NCBI GenBank assembly: GCA_964016885.1
Contig: OZ024756.1
Location: forward strand, 39,308,001-39,372,000
Length of the DNA: 64,000 bases
Direction: 5' to 3'
Source: Eledone cirrhosa
Lineage: Eukaryota
Part shown: piece by piece, positions 1 through 12,596 of the stretch
Layout: each line of letters starts with the position of its first letter
How positions within the stretch are numbered: the first letter of the stretch is position 1
Notes under the pieces: model-generated
Database searches by the model: none
Seen by the model: the letters and a program-made list of their open reading frames with translations, nothing else
What the model was told of the DNA's origin: nothing
Position numbers and translations under genes: made by a program

Positions 1-107
1 AGCAGTTATAATTAGGACAATTTCACTCTCTTAATTGATACATCAACTCTGTTCTATTTCGGATGAGTTGGGATAAAAATGGAAGACGCCATCCTACACA
101 TGAAATC

Positions 108-200
108 ACAAACAACTATGGTGTCATGTGTCATACATAAACAACTATGGTGTCATGTGTCATACATAAACAACTATGGTGTCATGTGTCATACACAAAC
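108..200. repeat. 29-bp tandem repeat, ~3 copies
   Basis: Unit acataaacaactatggtgtcatgtgtcat repeated three times. Confidence 0.9.
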
Positions 201-290
201 AAAATAAATACGCTTAATTAAAATTTCACTTCCGATAATTAACCAAAATATATTGAACAAAGGCGAGATTTGAACTCAGTTCTCTCCTCT

Positions 291-378
291 CTGAGTTCAA
301 ATCTCGCCGAGGTCAACTTTGCTTTTCATCCTTTCGAGGTCGATTAAAAAAGTACCAGTCTAGTACTGGGGTCGATTC
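291..378 (+). mobile_element. 5'-truncated tRNA-derived SINE (family A)
   Basis: B-box-like gagttcaaatc followed by gccgaggtcaactttgcttttcatcctttcgaggtcgat...agtaccagt...tactggggtcgat, a body found many times in this window. Confidence 0.85.
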
Positions 379-699
379 TTCCTCTATATCTCTTTCTCAT
401 TTCCTCTCTCTCACTTTCTATCTTTCTCTGGAAGAAATCTGCTGTACTCAGACCTGGAGAGGTTTGAGCTCCGCCAGTCTTAAAATGTCCAAGATACGCC
501 ATATGACAATACGGCACTCCTACGATTCTATCAGGAGTTGCGGGAGCATACATACATATTGAACATACACTAACGCATACACACATACACACATCTATAA
601 TGATTCTAGATATGGTCACTGCAGCTGCTAGAAATAGCGGCCAACTATCCTACAACTTCCCTTATTTGTCTTTAGAAAGTATATAAATCAAATTAAGGT

Positions 700-1300
700 G
701 GTTGAAAATCAGTCGGATTTGTTGAGTATTTCCACTTAGCAAACAGATGGATTTTGAGATGGAGGCATCCTCTAAAAATCTTGCTGAGTTCAAATAATTA
801 TTGATCAGAGATGACAAATGTTGTAATATTCTAACTTTCTCACTACAACAGAAACGACATCTCTTGCCATGTTGCCATTTCTATAATTGATACAGTTCTT
901 CCCAGGTCTTCATATTTTTTGTTTAACTTTCTCTAACGATCTTACTTGGACTATTTACATTACTCTATCGTTAAACCAACCACTACGACAGTTTCTACAG
1001 TAAATCGAGCTCAGAGATTACAATATCCGAATATAATCTTATTCTTTATAAGTCTCTTATTTCTGATTGTATGGAATATGGTGTCATACTTAGTCTGATG
1101 TCTCTGTTGGTGTTTTCTTCTCTCTTGACAGAATCCCTCCCAACGTGAGTATCAAACTAAATATTGCTTCCTTCTTCATCTCTATTCTATAATTACTTTC
1201 GTGATCTTTATTTTCCCAAATTTTCTTTATATGTTGCTCCTCCTAGGTTACTAATCTAGTGACTCGTCTTTTAAGTAATTCTCATCTTTTTACTGTGGCT
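700..1300 (-). pseudogene. Possible highly decayed non-LTR retrotransposon C-terminal region
   Basis: Minus strand gives NMKTW and HGKRCRFCCSEKVRILQHLSSLINNYLNSARF, resembling the CxxC...H zinc-knuckle region of RLE-type LINEs; many stops and frameshifts. Confidence 0.3.
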
Positions 1301-1945
1301 GTTCTCTCTGGTAAGAAAACATTTCTACTCTAGTAGTTTACTTCTTCGAAGAAGAGATCAACTTCTATTTTTAAGCGTGGTGTCTTATTCAAATTTTCTT
1401 TATATCTTTTGTAACTTTTCACAAATTAACCGTTGCTTGGAGCTTTTTGTATTTGCCGACTTGTTGCAGAAAGGCTTTCAATTAGACAAACATCGAATTT
1501 GAAAAATATCCAAAGGCTACCTTGAAAAGAAGAAAATTAAGAAAATCACTATCATGTTAGATGATTAAAATGAAGAAATGACTGAGAGTAGAAACGAATA
1601 TTATATATATATTTCAGAGATAAACGTAAAAAAGAAAATCAACACACAAGCAACTCAGTAATAATTTATACATATAATATTCTTAATTGGATGCTAAATA
1701 AACTAGCAAAACTTGGCAAAAAAAAATAGACCATATCTCATATAAGAAGATTATATTTACGACGAATACAGTTAATATTTGGTCTTATGCGACTGGAAAA
1801 CTGTTATGGTGCCTCTCCTTTTAGCCTTTCTTGTATATTTACTTACTCAGTCTCTACGTTTGGGTCATTTATATAATTTATAAATTTAATAGGTTCTAAA
1901 TTTTGCTTTAAACACTACTATGATCCATTGTCTCTTCCTTAACTA

Positions 1946-2099
1946 CCGTATTTCTCGGCGCCGAAGACGCTTCGTCCTAATTTTGACAAGCAAATATTTG
2001 AAAAAAAAAAAAAATAAACAACCTTCAGCCTCCAGGACGCGTGGTAGATTTTTGAGACTTATTTTAAGGAAAAAGCGTCTTCGACGCCGAGAAATACAG
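1946..2099. mobile_element. MITE, Tc1/mariner-pogo superfamily, TA target-site duplication
   Basis: ~27-bp TIRs ccgtatttctcggcgccgaagacgctt / aagcgtcttcgacgccgagaaatacag (2 mismatches), flanked by TA at 1944-1945 and 2100-2101. Confidence 0.85.
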
Positions 2100-2139
2100 T
2101 AACTTAATATCCCGGCCACAGTAGGGTTATTATTTTGTG

Positions 2140-2285
2140 AAGGTGCATGGTTTAATGATTAGAGCATTGGGCTTGCAATCGAAAGGCTGTGAGTTTAATT
2201 CTCGGATCGGGTGATGTGATGTTTCCTTGAGTAAGACACTTTATTTCACATTGCTCCAGTCTACTCAGCTGTAGAAATGAGATGA
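2140..2285 (+). mobile_element. tRNA-derived SINE (family B)
   Basis: A-box-like tggtttaatgattag, B-box-like gagtttaattc, body ccttgagtaagacactttatttcacattgctccagtctactcagctg; related sequence at ~14880 and ~18160. Confidence 0.75.
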
Positions 2286-2627
2286 TAGGACTGGGGCCCA
2301 TATCATTAAATTACCCAAGACACCTCCAACGAGATATACCTTGGAGGAGGCCAGCTAAACCCGCAGAGGTGTGATCTGTAACAACAAGAAGATAGGGTTA
2401 TTTAGATTGTACTATAATGTTTTGTTTCCCTTGTGTTCAGATCTGGTGTATATGTATATATATAACCAACCAGTAACATGTAAATAAACAAATAAATAAA
2501 TGAACATAAACACACACAGACACCCGGATGTGGCGCATGCGCAGACTGAGCACACAACACACACACAGAAATAAAATGGCGTAGGACAGAACAAAGGAGA
2601 GGCACAGAAACAAAGAAAGGAATCCCC

Positions 2628-2672
2628 AGTCACTGAAGAGGTCACAGAGTGTGTGACGAAAGAACTATGACT
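2628..2672 (+). ncRNA. Type I minimal hammerhead ribozyme motif
   Basis: Stem I agtca/tgact; core CTGAAGA; one extra G; stem II gtcaca-gagtg-tgtgac; GAAA; minimal stem III G-aa-C; cleavage triplet CUA. Confidence 0.75.
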
Positions 2673-2876
2673 ATATATAAACAACTATCTGGTTGTGGAA
2701 CCAACCAACCAACCAGAAATTTATAAATTTATAAATTTATAAATATATAATAAATTGAAGTGAAAGCAACTGGTGCGTGTGTTTCTTATTGGCAACATGA
2801 CCCTCCCAAAGTATAACAATATCGGTTTCAACACACGATTTCAGATAAAGAATCTTGCTAAACAAATTCAGAAACG

Positions 2877-2916
<40 letters not shown>

Positions 2917-2921
<5 letters not shown>

Positions 2922-2985
2922 TTAGTTAAGCAAAACAAGACCACACATTTCACAAGGAAGACATTATTAAAAGATTGTCAACATA
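2917..2985 (+). repeat. Interspersed repeat end abutting (TA)n; second copy at ~60322-60390
   Basis: attcattagttaagcaaaacaagaccacaNatttcacaaggaagacattattaaaagattgtcaacata nearly identical at both sites. Confidence 0.85.
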
Positions 2986-3508
2986 TATATTGGTAAAAGG
3001 AAAAGAATATGCTGACAAATTGTTCCCAGTGAAAAATAGTTTAATTAGGAATAAGTAAAAATTAGTAATAGTATTGGTTAGTATTCAGTTTTGGTTTTAA
3101 GTTTTATCGGTTGCGCATTTCTAATGCTTTTCAAAAATAATTTTGAGATAGCGCCCGTGATGTTTGCTCTAATCTGATTAGTTTTGGAAATTCTACCTGT
3201 TTTATGTGACAAAAGTGGCTCCAGATGTATTAAAATAAGTTTCGCGCCAATTCGTATTGCAAAAATTCTTGTGGTCAAAACAATTTTGATTGGTCGGTAG
3301 AGGTCATGTGAATGTTAAAAATTGATTTTGCGCCAAATGTAGGTTTGTCTCGGCTGATTGAGAAGTCACTGAAAAATAAGTCTTTCAAGACAAATTTGTG
3401 TGTGTGTAGTAGTAAAGAGGTTCATTGTTGTGATAATGGTCAGTAGGGATGTGTGTGTGTGAATTGCAGTCATTGTTGACAGGTCAACAGTTCAGGTGCC
3501 TATTAAGA

Positions 3509-3619
<111 letters not shown>

Positions 3620-3937
3620 CAGAGTAATTCGTGGTAGAGGGATCGGTCAGTAAGAATGTGTCTGTACCGTGTGTGGGGGATATATTAACATGTTAAAAGA
3701 TATTTTTCAGCTCTTGTCTTATACGGAGAAGTGTGTGTGTATATATGTCTCTTTGTATGTTAGTGTATGCGTGTGTGTATATATGTGTGTGTGTGTGTGT
3801 GGGTGGACCAGTATTTTTGTAAAAATGGTGTACATTATTCGATATTTTCAGTAAAAACGATTCTCTCAATAGAACATCAAAAACCTTAATAATAAAAGGT
3901 GTGAAATGATATATAGTATTGTCATAACACCAAGGTG

Positions 3938-3979
<42 letters not shown>

Positions 3980-4975
3980 CGCACCACATCTTACAGTTAA
4001 CTAGGTATTAACTACCGGATTCCAGGTTAGACCCCAGTAAATATGTGGATGTTACCATGCCAGTTTCAAGATATATGAAAAAGGTATGGCATCTAATTCA
4101 TGTCAAATAACCACCACCCTCCATACATATAACCACCTGGGCTCAGAACTGGAAATTTTGGCCCTTTTTTTTATTTGTTTTTCGAAATAATACAATTCCA
4201 ACTCAGAGTTTGCTGACATAAAGTTCTATAAACCGAATATAGCGAGTTAGAAAGTTAAGTGATGTTCACAGGGTTTTTATATCAGAAATAAACCCATGGT
4301 TGGATTTAATAGAAATAATAAAACTGGTAATTATCCGAAACGAAGGTTTCATTTCATTTATGGATTGAATATTCCCACGACAACAACAACAACAAAAAAA
4401 AGGAAGAAAGAATTTCTCTGTGGAATTTGTGAAGCCAACTGGAAGAGCTCCCATCAGTAGCTGGAATAGTTCTCATTAGCACACTGTCGATCTCTCTGTT
4501 CTATGGGAAATATTTTCAGTTTAGTTCGTTTTAATATTTTCTTGGCAGCTCCAGTCATCTCTTAGAATAAGAATACATAAAAAAATTAACTCTTGTTGTT
4601 TTTAGAGGTTTATTTCTCTCCTCTTTCTCAATGGCGCCTTGGTTACCAAGAAATTCATCTTACGGGCTCTCTTTTTCTTTTCATCACCGCTTGACTAATT
4701 CTTACCAAAGCCCATCTTTGCGTGATTGGGCAAGATTTTCTCAGTGAATCGTTATTTGATCTATTAAAGCGCAAATATGTTCTTCTTTGGCTTCCTGTTT
4801 CTGCCATATAAAGGAAGATTGCTTTCTCTATTTAATCCACTTATGTTTTTCTCTCCTCTAATGTTGCCATACTTGACATTTTTTGCTTCATTTATTTTTG
4901 ATGTTCTTACTGTCATGAAGTTCCATATATTTACTCTTAATACCTATGACAACGGCAATTGCTTCTAATATTTGT

Positions 4976-5350
4976 TTTGATGATGATGTTGTTATTGTTG
5001 TTGTTGGTGGTGGTGGTGGTGGTTTTGGTGGTGGTGGTGTTGGTGGTGGTGGTTTTGATGGTGGTGGTGGTGGTGGTGTTAGTGGTGGTGGTTTTGGTGG
5101 TGGTGGTTTTGGTGGTGGTGGTGGTGGTGGTCGTGTTGGTGGCGGAATTGATGGTGGTGTTGGCGGTGTTGGAGGTGGTGGTTTTGGTGGTGGTGTTGAT
5201 GGTGGTGGTGGTGTTGGAGGTGGTGGTAGTGGTGGTGTTGGTGGTGGTGTTGTTGTTAGTGGTGGTAGTGTTGATATGGTTCTCATTGTTGCTGTTGTGG
5301 TTGCTGCTATTGTTGTTGTTGTCGCTGTTGTTGTTGTCGTTGTTGCTGGC
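4976..5350. repeat. (GGT/GTT)n trinucleotide low-complexity tract
   Basis: Degenerate GGT/GTT repeats; accounts for the Pro-, Thr-, Gly- and Val-rich ORFs. Confidence 0.9.
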
Positions 5351-5547
5351 GTAACATTGACAATTCGCATTGATTTGGCCATATAATTGCTCTTGTAATA
5401 GAAGAAAGCATTCTGTTGTTCCGTACCACTGGACGTGAAACAAAATGGCTTTATCCCTTTAAAACACAATCTCCTTTTTGTTTTAAACGATTTTACTATA
5501 TTCTGTGAGTTATCTTCAGTGTTAGAATTTTGATATTCAAACCTTCA

Positions 5548-5549
<2 letters not shown>

Positions 5550-5628
<79 letters not shown>
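5550..5628. repeat. (CT)n microsatellite
   Basis: Pure CT run. Confidence 0.95.
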
Positions 5629-5633
<5 letters not shown>

Positions 5634-6116
5634 TTTGCTCTATCTTCTTATTCTCTCTCTTCGCATTTTCTTTCTCTTCTTTCTCAACGTTTTTACTCTC
5701 TCTCTTTCTCTCTCTTTCTTCTCTTTGCTATATCTGTGTACGATATGCAGCTAAAATTTACCTTAACGTATAGTGGAAGCGTTTTATGAATATAAAAGAG
5801 TTTAGTTGAAGTTTGACAGAAAGTATAGTTGAGATATTGATTACCTTACTTTGCCTTGCCTATGAGTGTAGCTATATGATTATATTATATTGTTTTATGA
5901 ACTCTTCAATCTAGAGTATGAGATAAATCGTACATTCGATCGACTTTGACTTTTTGATAAAAGTCCATAATTTGTAATAATGTTATCTCAAAAAATAACT
6001 TGAATGAAATGCTTGGCCAATTTCATACTGCAATTCTAAATAATCTATTTACATATCAATTATTGAAAAACACTCCAGTGAATGTGATTTGTATTTGATA
6101 TATGCAGCCATAATAA

Positions 6117-6332
6117 GATGGCGGATTGGCTGAATCGATAAAACGTTGGATAAAATGTCATTGCCGTATTTTACTCTGGGTCTTTTAAGTTCAAATCTCG
6201 CTAAGATCAACTTTGCCTTTCTTCATTTCGCGGTAGGTAGAATAAAGTACCAGTCAAATACTTGGGTTGATTCAATCAAATTTACCCCACACCGTCTCCC
6301 GATTTGCTGGCTTTGTGCCTTAATTAGAAATG
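6117..6332 (+). mobile_element. Diverged full-length SINE (family A)
   Basis: ggcggattggctgaatcg head, aagttcaaatc B-box, ataaagtaccagt body, ttgctggctttgtgcc tail. Confidence 0.8.
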
Positions 6333-6599
6333 AATATAGGCATCACAGTAACAAAGATTTAAAAACAAACTAATTAGTGTTGTTTTTTTTTCTAACGATA
6401 TAGATTCATATACATGAAAATCAAGTATTTTTAGCCCCAAAATCTTATTTATTTTTACCCTGCAAAGCTCTGAGCTCAAATTCTATCACATTGTTCGATA
6501 TATTTAATTCATCTTCTTAGAACTTTGCACCCTAAACAGCAGAGTCTCCCTCACCCTCCTCCAGGGAAACGCCTGGGTCCCCATTTTCTCACAATAGTG

Positions 6600-6680
6600 C
6601 GAGATGGGGAGAGCAGGAAAGACGGAGACAGTGACAGTGGGAGTTTGGTTCCTTTGTGTTCGGACCTGGTGTATATGTAT
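6600..6680 (+). repeat. Interspersed repeat fragment; inverted copy at ~60498-60560, related sequence at ~2425-2460
   Basis: gacggagacagtgacagtgggagtttggttcctttgtgttcggacctggtgtata is matched in reverse complement at ~60500. Confidence 0.75.
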
Positions 6681-7108
6681 ATTTTATTTACCATACACAC
6701 ACACACACATTGTTGACAAATCTAGTATTTGACACTCCTTGTTTTGACCAGACCAAGAACATTACTAAGTTTAGACTTCTAAACCATACCCCACATTCAT
6801 ATAAACGGTTGTAAATTCATCAAAGCTTAAACTAGACATCTGTGTTAGTGTTGTTATATTTTGCTGATTTAAGTTTCATTTTTTTTGCCTCTTAACCGAC
6901 GTCACTAAAATTTCATCTCAGTTTCATGATAAGGAAAGATCTACTTTTCTTTTTTTTCTTCTTACCGATCGCTTAAATAAACAGTCATATATTTCCGTCA
7001 ATGGATTACGTTACTGATATCAAATATCAGAAAAGTTTCTCTCATTAATCGAAAAACTTTTGGATTCATAAATAACGATTCGCTTTATAATAATATGGAC
7101 TTTTCCTA

Positions 7109-7400
7109 TTAATCCGTATAGTGAGCAAATGGGTTCCCACGTGCTGGCCTCCCCACAGCCCCGGCGGACAGGATGGAGAAGGCGTTTCCCCGGAGGATGG
7201 TAAGGGAGATGCGCTGGAAGAGCCATTCCAAGTCGCGAGGCTCACACCTACGGCTGGCTAGACCAGCGCCTATGGTGGTGAATAAGGAGGTAGCCCTAGG
7301 GCCAAGGACACCAGAAGTCTCCACTGCCAAGGGCACGACCGCGAACTTGTCGGAGAGCGACCGGTACTTGGAGAATTTGGCCTCCTCAGCCCGTATGACT
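7109..7400 (-). mobile_element. 5'-truncated CRE-clade (RLE endonuclease) non-LTR retrotransposon 3' fragment
   Basis: Minus strand VIRAEEAKFSKYRSLSDKFAVVPLAVETSGVLGP...WLFQRISLTILRGNAFSIL matches the AE..K..KY / PLAVET.G / QRIS..I.RGNA motifs of CRE C-termini; GC-rich island in AT-rich DNA. Confidence 0.85.
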
Positions 7401-8025
7401 TGAATTTAATTCGTTTGCCATCATTGGATGTCAATCACATTTCATCTTTGTTTCATCAAATGAGATATCTACTTATACCAGTCGCAATAAAAGTAGCAGC
7501 AAAACTTGTGGATACTTTATGACTTTTATTTTAAAGAATTATTAAATGTTATATTTAGATAGTTTATATGGATTAAATCGTCCATCTGCAGGTGCCATTA
7601 TTCCTATCTTTGGAGTTCATCATTGCAGACGGGAATAAAATGTTCATAAGCTAATAAATGGTGACTATGTATATATTATTTAGAGAAGAGACACGTCGTG
7701 AAGAGATGGTTACTAATTTATAAGAGAATCGTTGGAAAGATCGTCCATGGGGAACTTCGGAGATTTGTCAAAGAGGAATTAATCGACTTTCTCCTTCCCT
7801 CCAAATTGCTGGCCTTGCGTCAAACGTAGACACAATTATTCCTAAAGGGCGGTGGATTAGAAGTCGATAGAGTGTCGATAGAGCTGAATGAGTTGGGCTG
7901 AATGAGTTGGGGTGCATAACCCAACGAAACGTAACTACCTATATATGTCAATGTTGTAACTAATTATAATTAACTCGTCCTATGGACTGAGTGCTCTGAC
8001 CCTTGAATATTGCCAACAAACTTTT

Positions 8026-8057
<32 letters not shown>

Positions 8058-8167
8058 ACATACTGCCGTCGGGGTCCTGACTCTTTTCCTACTACCCACT
8101 CTACTACCCTAAGTATGGAGTACTTTGGTGCGTTATGGTCCACCTGGTATCTTACCACACTCACTTT

Positions 8168-8222
<55 letters not shown>

Positions 8223-8409
8223 CTATATATATATATACACTAATAATGGAAAGATATGCTGATGAGAATAGGTGCAAATATGCGATAATGAATGTGTCTA
8301 AAAACGTCCATAAGTATGTATATATATGTGAAAATGTATATAAATAAGTAAATATATATATATGTTTGATGTGTATAGTTAGATGTAAGTGTATTCATGT
8401 ATTAAAGTG

Positions 8410-8486
<77 letters not shown>

Positions 8487-8859
8487 ATGTATATATGTGT
8501 ATATAGATGTGTATGTATGTGTATGTGTGTACACATGGACTAGAGTATGTATGTATATATGTGTATGTCTATACGTGTGGATATAAAGATAAGTTGAGTA
8601 TGAAAATGTATACACATGAGCGCGTATGTATGTACATGAATACATGTGTGTATATATATGTGTATGCATGTGTATATATATATGTAAGTATGAATATGTG
8701 AATTGTGAGTATATGTATTTTGTAGAGGTGTGCAAATATATTTGTGTGTGAATGCGTGGGTGAAAGGATACGTACACTTGAAAGAAAAATTTAAGTCTGA
8801 ATGTTAATTAAGTGCAAACACAAAACCAACCACGCATATCTTTACTATCTCTAATCCTT

Positions 8860-9100
8860 CTATAGATTTAGAAAAATAACCAATAATATATTCTATAAAA
8901 AATGTCAAAACAACAGATGGGAATCTAATTACTCACTGCCACCAAGAATTCTCACTGCTATCGAAAAACCACTCCTTCAACTATTCTTCTAACAACTTCA
9001 CCCCTCCCTCCTAATATTCTCTATAAAAACTAAATAGGTCCTCAGTAATATTATTCTGATGAAATGACAGTAAATAATAACATTGAAATATTGAATGTCT
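8860..9100 (+). mobile_element. Possible Penelope-like element 3' relic with degenerate hammerhead
   Basis: With frameshifts gives DLEK*PIIYS..N.RWE(L)ITHCH, resembling the PLE GIY-YIG C-terminal LNKRSELISKCRH; followed by CTGATGA-aatg...catt-GAAA at 9056-9088. Confidence 0.4.
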
Positions 9101-9204
9101 GCATAACTAAAAGTTTGTAGATAGCAGCTGTTTTAGGTTATGTAACTGTTATAGAGACACGTGTCAATAAATTCCTTTCAACTAAACTGTATCCATTCAA
9201 ATCT

Positions 9205-9266
<62 letters not shown>

Positions 9267-9335
9267 ATTTCATATAAAAAACCTCGCAAAACTAATTCAT
9301 CGCCGCTATATATATATATATATATACACATATCT

Positions 9336-9371
<36 letters not shown>

Positions 9372-9410
9372 CTATACATATATATATATACATATACATA
9401 TATACATATC

Positions 9411-9450
<40 letters not shown>

Positions 9451-9534
9451 AACATATATACATATATACATATCTATATATATATATACATATATGCATA
9501 TCTATATATATATACATATATGCATATCTATATA

Positions 9535-9606
<72 letters not shown>

Positions 9607-10054
9607 TATATATATATGCATGTATATATAAATACATCGGATGTCATGTGACTTTAGTTTTTATATTTTTTTATATACATTCAAGTCGTTGTCGTCTAAG
9701 TGCCATATCCAATTATATCTTCTATAAAATCATGTAATATACTTTCCATTCTATTAAATATTATCTCCATTAAAGTCAGAGAAATGCTTCAATAAGCAGA
9801 GTGCATTATGGATGTATACCGCTTGCGGAGTTATTGCTTTACAAAAGAGTTTTTTATCTTCATATTTTTTGTTACTCTTACTAGTAAAACTCGTATATAA
9901 TATTCTTAACATTGTACCAAAGTACTAACACAAATATACATACTACTGGCATACACATAGATGCATATGAATATATATATATACATATGTACACACATAT
10001 ATATATATATACACACACATATATATATCCACACACACATACACACACATATAT

Positions 10055-10123
<69 letters not shown>

Positions 10124-10190
10124 CACACACACAAACACAGACATGCATACTCCTAAATACACACCATACACATAGTGGTATATAAATATT

Positions 10191-10278
<88 letters not shown>

Positions 10279-10784
10279 TGTGTGTGTGTATAGAACAATG
10301 TAAAAAGAACAGAAGTCAGAGGGAGGTAGTTAATTATATATATGTATGTATATATGTATATGTATGTATATATGTATATGTACGTATATATGTATATATA
10401 TATATATATGTATATATGTATATATATATATATAACTCTATATATATTCGTAAATCTATTGAAGTAAATGGTTGTGGGGGAAAAATCAATTGGCAATATC
10501 TAATATGTAAAAGATTCCTATCGTGTATGTTAAACCGTACATTATCCAATAAAGAACATATAAATAATCTTCTTAACTAAATGCATTTTATTCGTATATT
10601 TCCTTGAAAAAAGAAAGGAAACATCGACCACAGTTCGTATTGCACTAAATACAAGCACAGAAATGTAATTTGCTAAATCATATTGATATAAATAACATCA
10701 ATATCTTTTGGAAGATTCTCATTTTACAATATAGCTACAATATGTTTAAATGACTTTCTATCTATTTATTTATTTAACCATATG

Positions 10785-10823
<39 letters not shown>

Positions 10824-11055
10824 AATATATAAGTATGTATACGTACATACATATATGTATACAGACGTACAGTAGTATGTATATATATATATACATACAT
10901 GCACACATATATATATGTACGTATGGATTCACCGAACATTTATTATAATGCTCGGTGTGTTTGTAAACAAACATACCGAATTAAGCCGTACAGTGTCTAG
11001 CAACCATCCTTGCTCATTATATATATATATTTATATATATATATTTATATATATA

Positions 11056-11104
<49 letters not shown>

Positions 11105-11297
11105 ATATTTATATTTATATATATATATATATTATTTATATATATATGAATATGCATGCCAATTCTAACACATATATGTCCTAGAAACGATCGTAAAATA
11201 ATGAACTTTTTTTGTTTAATATAAGGAACTGTTTCTTTGTTTTATTCATTATTTTTTTAATATTTTATATTTATATATATATTCATATATATATATT

Positions 11298-11328
<31 letters not shown>

Positions 11329-12159
11329 TTATATATATATTTATTTATATATATATTTATATATATATTTATATATATATATATTTATATATATATTTAT
11401 ATAAATATATTTTTTTATTTATATATATATTTATATAAATATATTTTTTTATATATTTATATATATATTTATATATATATTTATATAAATATATTTTTTT
11501 ATATATTTATATATATATTTTTATATATATTTATATATATATTTATATATATATTTATATAAATACATTTTTTTATATATTTATATATATATATTTATAT
11601 ATATATTTATGTTATTTATTTATCTGTTATCAAGACATCCAATTACTATCTCTAAATAGTTCCTGATGTTAGTATATTAAAGTATAATGAAAAGAGAAAA
11701 TATATATATATTGGGTAAATTCCTTCAAGAATCTATGAAGATATTAAACCAATAATTCTTGAAAAATATTATCGAATTTTCGAAAGATCTCAGAAATGAA
11801 AGTAAAAAACACAAAAAACAAAAAGAAAAACACATCCCCGAAAGAACTAAAAATAATTTAGTCGTACATACATATATATATAGTTATAGGAATAACCAAA
11901 GAGTGTTTAGAAATACATTGTCATGCTGACTTGGCAAGCTAATTAGAACACTGGATTAAACCATTTACTTCCCTCCGAAGAAGAGATATTATCTCGAAAA
12001 TTAAGGATATTTAAATAAATTTAAGGTAAAAGACTAATTGTCAACAATATCTTTTGCATTTACATTTATATTCTATATCCATACCTGCATTGTTTTGGCT
12101 TTCCAACTCCAAACGTTTATACCTCATTACGCAATGCTTCAAGTAAAGTACAACTTCCT

Positions 12160-12200
<41 letters not shown>

Positions 12201-12381
12201 TTTGATTGATGTCCAGCGTCTTTTGCAGCGATAGAAATCTGAAAACTTTTATGACCTCAACCCAAGTTAATAGCAGTCGCCATGTCTCTGACTGGTGTGT
12301 CTCCATATGAGGGAAGGAATTCTGTGAGAGAACATCGTTATTTTTTCTCCCCCATATCAAGAATTTGAAGACAATTCATTT

Positions 12382-12455
12382 TCACCTGATGAGATCAGTG
12401 ATAATCGATTATGGCTTCACAATCGATCTATCTCTTATTGAAACATGTGTCGTGA
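12382..12455 (+). ncRNA. Type I hammerhead motif with disrupted stem II
   Basis: Stem I tcac/gtga; CTGATGA; GAAAC-atgt-GTC (palindromic acatgt); ATTAAA overlaps the 3' end; stem II register is imperfect. Confidence 0.55.
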
Positions 12456-12492
12456 TTAAATGATTGGAATTTTACCTTTCCTTCGGATTTTC

Positions 12493-12596
<104 letters not shown>

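Noticed and set aside
497-545. ctgatag...cgtattgtc in the alternative SINE tail as a hammerhead
   Set aside because: Core is not CUGANGA, GAAA is absent and stem I does not form
4888-5469. Pro-, Gly- and Thr-rich ORFs resembling extensin, mucin or glycine-rich proteins
   Set aside because: Open in several frames on both strands because of the (GGT)n tract; no non-repetitive coding context
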